64,000 nt of DNA from an uncultured candidate division Zixibacteria bacterium (GTDB lineage Bacteria > Zixibacteria > MSB-5A5 > GN15 > FEB-12), in contig OY760907.1 in the NCBI GenBank assembly GCA_963664195.1, positions 160,001 through 224,000 of the forward strand, written 5' to 3'. Of this stretch, positions 59,391-64,000 are shown piece after piece. Position numbers and translations under genes: made by a program. Every line of letters begins with the position of its first letter. The first letter of the stretch is position 1. Under the pieces are notes generated by a model. That model had not been told where the DNA came from, ran no database searches, and saw nothing but the letters and a program-made list of their open reading frames with translations.

Positions 59391-59586
59391 TGATAAAAAA
59401 AGAACCTCCTTAAAACTATCCGGCAGGTTTGGATTTTTCCCAGAGGGAAACCCGCCGAACAAACTGCCTCGGAGTCGTTCTCCAAAGTGAGGCAGTCAAC
59501 CTATATAATCAAATTTACGGGAATTTCAAGCGGTTTTTGACCCCAAAACCGCTTTTATGACAACAACTTGATGTCCCTGACCGGGG

Positions 59587-60213
59587 TCACTCGGATGCGA
59601 CCACCGACGCCTTGATTTGACCGATTCGCTCCATTACGGCCGAAGCTATCTGCTCATAGCCTTCTTTCCCTTTCGGGAAAGACATGACCCAGTCGGCGCC
59701 AAACGGCTCTCCGTAGGTGATTGAGAGCCTCTGGCGGCCTTTGAAACAGTCTCCAGGATGGTTCGATCCGTGCACATAAGCCGGCACAATGGGGCATTTT
59801 GCCCGGGTCGCGATCATGCCGATGCCGGCTTTGGGACGCAGGAATTGATCTGTTTTGGAGCGAGTGCCTTCGGGAAAGAAGGTCAGTCCGAACCCCCTGC
59901 GAATGACCTCCACTGACACGTGAATAGCCTTACGGTCCATGGCTCCCCGCTTCACCGGGAGAGCGTTTGTCCTCGTTATCAGACCGCCCGCCACAGGATT
60001 ACGGAACAACTCCTCTTTGGCGAGGAAGTAGACCTCGCGAGTGATCCAGCTTCCCACCAACGGCGGGTCGTAATTGGAGATATGATTTGAAGCCAGGATG
60101 AATCCGCCCTGCCTGGGAATGTTCTCCTGTCCCTGTGTTTTGATCCTGAAGAAAAGCTTACTGACCACACGGGTGAGGAACCATCCGCCCCAGTAGAAAG
60201 GTCTGAGTCTCAC
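59587..60213 (-). CDS. plsC: Lysophospholipid acyltransferase
   Basis: NHISNYD, FPEGTRS; GTG overlaps the cmk stop. Confidence 0.92.
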   Translation of the reverse strand: MRLRPFYWGGWFLTRVVSKLFFRIKTQGQENIPRQGGFILASNHISNYDPPLVGSWITREVYFLAKEELFRNPVAGGLITRTNALPVKRGAMDRKAIHVSVEVIRRGFGLTFFPEGTRSKTDQFLRPKAGIGMIATRAKCPIVPAYVHGSNHPGDCFKGRQRLSITYGEPFGADWVMSFPKGKEGYEQIASAVMERIGQIKASVVASE

Positions 60214-60911
60214 TTCAGCACGTTCTTGAGAAGATCGAGGATGCGCTCCACCTGCTCTTCGATCGTGCAACTAGTAGTGTCCACAACATAGGCATCCTTG
60301 GCACGAAGCAGGGGCGAGTGTTTGCGACCGGAATCAAACTTGTCGCGTCGCTCGATATCCTCGATCTGCTCTTGGAGGGAGGTCGCCACACCCATTTTCG
60401 CCAATTCGATAAGGCGACGTTCGGCGCGAGTCTGCACCCTGGCATCGAGAAATACTTTGATGTCGGCATCCGGGAAGACAACCGTGGTCGTGTCACGCCC
60501 CTCGGCAACTATCGATCCTTCCTTCCCCATTTCAATCTGTTTGTGCACCATGGCCTTGCGGACGTCAGGATGCGCTGAGACTTCGGAGACGTGCAGGGTG
60601 ATCTCAGGTGTCCGGATTTCATTAGTGACTTCGCGGCCGTTGATGAACACTTTGTTGACATCTTCATGCGTCTCGAACTCGATCATCACGTTTGATGCCA
60701 GTACTTTGAGCTTGTCGCCATCCGATGGAGCCACGTTGTGCTGCAGGGCGAGCCAGGTGAGGGCACGGTACATCGCGCCGGTGTCGAGATAACGGAATCC
60801 GAGCCGGGCAGCCAGGATTTTGGAGGTAGTGGATTTCCCCGATCCTGCCGGACCGTCAATCGCAATCACCTTGTCACGGAATTTGGAAAGATTGTATATT
60901 TTGCTTGTCAT
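60210..60911 (-). CDS. cmk: Cytidylate kinase
   Basis: IDGPAGSGKST, LDTGAMYR, EGRD, RRDKFDSGR. Confidence 0.96.
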   Translation of the reverse strand: MTSKIYNLSKFRDKVIAIDGPAGSGKSTTSKILAARLGFRYLDTGAMYRALTWLALQHNVAPSDGDKLKVLASNVMIEFETHEDVNKVFINGREVTNEIRTPEITLHVSEVSAHPDVRKAMVHKQIEMGKEGSIVAEGRDTTTVVFPDADIKVFLDARVQTRAERRLIELAKMGVATSLQEQIEDIERRDKFDSGRKHSPLLRAKDAYVVDTTSCTIEEQVERILDLLKNVLK

Positions 60912-60967
60912 GGTACAAAAAGTATGGAAACGATTCGGCGAAGGCAACCGCAAAGTGAGCCGTTCGG

Positions 60968-61759
60968 CTACTGAGAGAAGACCGTGTCTTCTTCTGAGAC
61001 ACCAAGCATCGGATGACCAAACCATTTCTCGTGCAGCCGATCAAACGAACCGTCGCCGAAGAACACCGCCAGAGTCTGATTAATCCGGTCCAGTTTATCC
61101 GGATCGTTCGGATTCACTGCGATGCCGTAATACTCTGACCTGATCCCACGTGCAATCACCCTCACCCGTTCATCCTCCCCGATACAGACCAGAGTGGTCG
61201 GCAGATCGTTAAGAATCGCGTCCAGTTGACCATCGAGCAGATGGGAAAAAGCGTCGGCAACGTCATCGTAAGGATATGCAAGGACACCATCGACCCGCTT
61301 GGCCAACTCCTCCCCGGTGGATCCTGCCTGCACTCCCACTCGTCGCCCCTTGAGATCCTCGAGAGCAACGGTGGTTGAGTCACCGGCCGGTACAGAAAGC
61401 ACCTCGTCGACCAGATAGTAGGGATCGCTGAAGGCTGCAACAGCCTCCCGCTGCGCGGTAATGGTCAGAGCACTGATGACAATATCAAACCTCCCGGAAG
61501 CAACGCCAGGAAGGAGTTCATCGAAATGAGCACTGGTGAACTCCAGGTCCCAACCATGCACAGCCGCAATCTCTGTCATGAGGTCGATATCAAATCCGAT
61601 CAGACCGCCGGAGTCTTCATCGACAGACTCAAACGGCGGGTAGTTCGGATCTACTCCCACGCGAACAAGATTGTCTACTGCGGGCGTCTCCGCCTCCTCA
61701 CCGCCGCAGCCGCTTAGCAGGCACGTGAGCATCAGGAATGTCAGAAGATGTTTTTTCAT
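60968..61759 (-). CDS. Amino-acid ABC transporter substrate-binding lipoprotein (SBP family 3)
   Basis: LSGC lipobox; YPPFE, GFDIDL, ITAQRE, FSDPY, KWFG. Confidence 0.93.
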   Translation of the reverse strand: MKKHLLTFLMLTCLLSGCGGEEAETPAVDNLVRVGVDPNYPPFESVDEDSGGLIGFDIDLMTEIAAVHGWDLEFTSAHFDELLPGVASGRFDIVISALTITAQREAVAAFSDPYYLVDEVLSVPAGDSTTVALEDLKGRRVGVQAGSTGEELAKRVDGVLAYPYDDVADAFSHLLDGQLDAILNDLPTTLVCIGEDERVRVIARGIRSEYYGIAVNPNDPDKLDRINQTLAVFFGDGSFDRLHEKWFGHPMLGVSEEDTVFSQ

Positions 61760-61826
61760 TGTCTCTATTGTATTTCGTAGGCGGTATGATACACAAGACC
61801 GGTCGGAAGGCAAGCGAGTTCTGACT

Positions 61827-61867
61827 AAAAAACAAACCGGCTCGCCCCGAAAGGCAGAACCGGTTAG
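61827..61867 (-). terminator. Intrinsic terminator
   Basis: AACCGGTTCTGCC-TTTCGG-GGCGAGCCGGTT followed by TGTTTTTT. Confidence 0.75.
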
Positions 61868-61965
61868 TCGCTGAAGGAAGAGATTCGTTGGCGTCGCTCC
61901 CGTGAGCGTCGGGGTTCCGCCTCCGACGCGTGATCTCGGCAGGGAGGGAACCTTGCCGGTCACGA

Positions 61966-62868
61966 TCAATAGTAGTCTATTCTGAGAGACCTGAATCGGT
62001 TGCCGAGATCAACCTCGATCCTATTTGACAGGCTGTCGTAGCCTTCGGTCACAAACGCGCCTTCCTGTTCCACCAGACCGACCTCGTACAAGTAATCGCT
62101 GTCCTCGAATCCAAAAACTCGCAGACCGGACTTTTTCGGCACCCTGAGAAGTAGTTTCGTGTCCAAACCGGCTATTGACACCTTGACGTTCGGTTCCACA
62201 TTACCAAGCTTGACATAGACGTCAGCATCATCAGCGTCCAGAGACAGCTCTCGGAGAGGAGTCTGGGCCAGATTCAGATGAATGTCTGAATTCTCACCGG
62301 TGCATTTGAGAATCAACGGCACCGCTTCGGAGAATTTGAGCCGCCAATCATCCTCCTCCTCGCCGTTTTCTATCTTGACGATTCCGCCAAACAGCTGTCG
62401 GGGCTGATTGACGAATTCCACGATCGCTCGACCGCCCTCGTTCTTATACGAGTACTTGGGCTTGTGGGTATACTCCATGAAAGTGGCATTCAGAAGATCA
62501 CTGGTTGCGTCACGAATCGTCAAATCGCCATCGGCAAGAACAACCCTGGCGTCTATGATATTCACTGCAGGATCTGCATCCTGAACGATACTCGTTTTGT
62601 CCCAGTAGCTGGCATCAACACCAAGTTTGCTCTCCGAAAAGGCAATATACAAACCGCCGAGGACCAGAATTACCGACGACGCGTACGAGATCATCTGGAA
62701 CCTGGTATTGGTAAATATCTTCTCCACTCCAATCGCAATCAGCAGGAACGGAAAGAGCGAAATGAGGCCAAACCAGAAACTGCCGCTCACCACATCCGTT
62801 TTCTGAAGCAGCACCAGTGACCCTATCAGGATAAATAACACACCCCATCTGAAACGTGCCGGAGTCAT
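61966..62868 (-). CDS. LiaF/DUF5668-like envelope stress membrane protein with beta-rich C-terminal domain
   Basis: WGVLFILIG...FPFLLIAIG; coupled to pspC. Confidence 0.75.
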   Translation of the reverse strand: MTPARFRWGVLFILIGSLVLLQKTDVVSGSFWFGLISLFPFLLIAIGVEKIFTNTRFQMISYASSVILVLGGLYIAFSESKLGVDASYWDKTSIVQDADPAVNIIDARVVLADGDLTIRDATSDLLNATFMEYTHKPKYSYKNEGGRAIVEFVNQPRQLFGGIVKIENGEEEDDWRLKFSEAVPLILKCTGENSDIHLNLAQTPLRELSLDADDADVYVKLGNVEPNVKVSIAGLDTKLLLRVPKKSGLRVFGFEDSDYLYEVGLVEQEGAFVTEGYDSLSNRIEVDLGNRFRSLRIDYY

Positions 62869-63362
62869 TAGATGCCGCCTCCGTTCTCACCGGTAACAGG
62901 ACCGCCGTTGTTCATGCTGGCGGTAGTGCCGTTTTGCGAGGTCGGTGCCGAGCATTGGCCGAACTTGCTTCCCCGGTAGAAAACGAGGATCAGACCGGCA
63001 CCAATTAACAGGAGCGGCCAAATCTCCCCCATGCTGAACCAGAAGAAATACTCCCTGATGAGAAGCATCCCCCCAAGGCCGATTAGTACTATACCCGGCA
63101 GCAAAGCCCAAGTGGTGGATCTCGGTAACTGAGTAGATTGTGTGGCATCCGGCTCCGGGATCGGCTCTCCCGACGTCATCCGATCCGGAATGATGATCCA
63201 TGCGATTATGTAAATTACTATGGCTGTTCCGTGGCTGGCGAAAAACCCCAGTATCACCAACAGCCGGACCAACGTGGGGTCCATCTCAAAGTACTCACCC
63301 AACCCGCCACAAATGCCGGAGATCATCCGGTTGGTGTCTGAGCGGTAAAGCTTCTTTGGCAT
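62868..63362 (-). CDS. pspC: PspC domain protein with DUF5668-like TM hairpin
   Basis: LYRSDTNRMISGICGGLGEYF..DPTLVR; IWPLLLIGAG. Confidence 0.9.
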   Translation of the reverse strand: MPKKLYRSDTNRMISGICGGLGEYFEMDPTLVRLLVILGFFASHGTAIVIYIIAWIIIPDRMTSGEPIPEPDATQSTQLPRSTTWALLPGIVLIGLGGMLLIREYFFWFSMGEIWPLLLIGAGLILVFYRGSKFGQCSAPTSQNGTTASMNNGGPVTGENGGGI

Positions 63363-63498
63363 GTTGGATCCTTTCCCTGTCTGAGTTCTGTCCGGATCGA
63401 CAAGCTCCTGTGACGCTAACGACCTGGACTCCCAAGGTCCCTAAACCTGGTTTATATATACGAGAACGGGGCAGAAAAGTTCTGCCCCGTTGTGCTAT

Positions 63499-64000
63499 CT
63501 ACAGATTGAGCAGCCGGAGATACTCTTTCGCCTGGTCTCGATTGGGCGAATCCTTATTGTCCCCGACCTGGTGAAGGTACTTGAGGCCGCGTTCTCTTTC
63601 GACCGAGTCCTCGCTCATTTTCACCACGTTGTACCATGCTTCCAGCAGTTTGGCTTCTTTCTCCTCAGCAGACTGGGCCTCACGATCCGCTGCCCCAACA
63701 CTCTCGGAGCGGGAAGTCAAACCGCTGGTGAGGCTGCGAAGATCATCCTTCGGTTTTGAAACCGATTCTTTCTCTGTCAGGAGATTGTCACGCACTGCCC
63801 GCCAGGAATCTATCGATCCCTCCACGACCGTCGTTCCTTCGGTCGTTTGGTCGGCGGCGACGTCTGCAGCTACCTTCTTGCTGCCCTTGTAATTCTGTTC
63901 AGCATCCCCGAGGGAAATCGAGTTGACTGTTACTTTGCCATCTGCCACCTGCTCGACTACAGGCGCGGGCATCCTTGCTGCTTTTTGGGGTGTCTCGGCG
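63499..64000 (-). CDS. Hypothetical protein, 3' part only
   Basis: Frame open to the window edge; low-complexity region then helical C-terminus. Confidence 0.65.
   Translation of the reverse strand, partial: AETPQKAARMPAPVVEQVADGKVTVNSISLGDAEQNYKGSKKVAADVAADQTTEGTTVVEGSIDSWRAVRDNLLTEKESVSKPKDDLRSLTSGLTSRSESVGAADREAQSAEEKEAKLLEAWYNVVKMSEDSVERERGLKYLHQVGDNKDSPNRDQAKEYLRLLNL

Noticed and set aside
61880..61965. TCGTGACCGGC...GGGAGCGAC resembling a ZTP riboswitch
   Set aside because: The 3' GCCTGGGC pseudoknot element is missing, the 5' part pairs locally, and the gene context does not fit

Overview
Bacterial chromosomal window, mostly minus-strand genes. Secreted proteins ending in NYPNPFNP-type C-terminal domains, sigma54-controlled flagella and GTAG-type palindromes suggest an FCB-group anaerobe such as candidate Zixibacteria; this is inference only. 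Layout: (1) 1-4.0 kb, an AT-richer decaying surface-glycan patch (GT2, frameshifted membrane protein, IS481 fossil). (2) 4.1-13.5 kb, the best candidate for an undescribed system: a Glu/Leu/Phe/Val dehydrogenase followed by two PEP-synthase-like ATP-grasp/phospho-His proteins lacking the PEP barrel, one fused to a sensor-like N-terminus and a C-terminal nucleotidyltransferase, with a convergent metallophosphoesterase and a XylR/V4R sigma54 activator whose promoter and candidate operator boxes can be read from the DNA. (3) 13.7-22.5 kb, surface and lipoproteins, including one with a clan-CD-like His/Cys dyad. (4) 22.7-28.7 kb, a rearranged tRNA-Arg/tRNA-Ser island with an Rhs toxin-immunity array, truncated PP2C, IS3-broken integrase and REP-like palindromes. 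(5) 28.9-54.5 kb, a flagellar cluster with three PilZ proteins, a degenerate FlhF, and sigma54 and sigma28 promoters; both sigma54 promoters carry the same tandem enhancer-like motif. (6) 54.6-64 kb, housekeeping and envelope-stress genes (mtaB, dus, rpsA, plsC, cmk, ABC binding protein, LiaF-like, pspC). All family calls come from motif recognition by eye; no searches were run.
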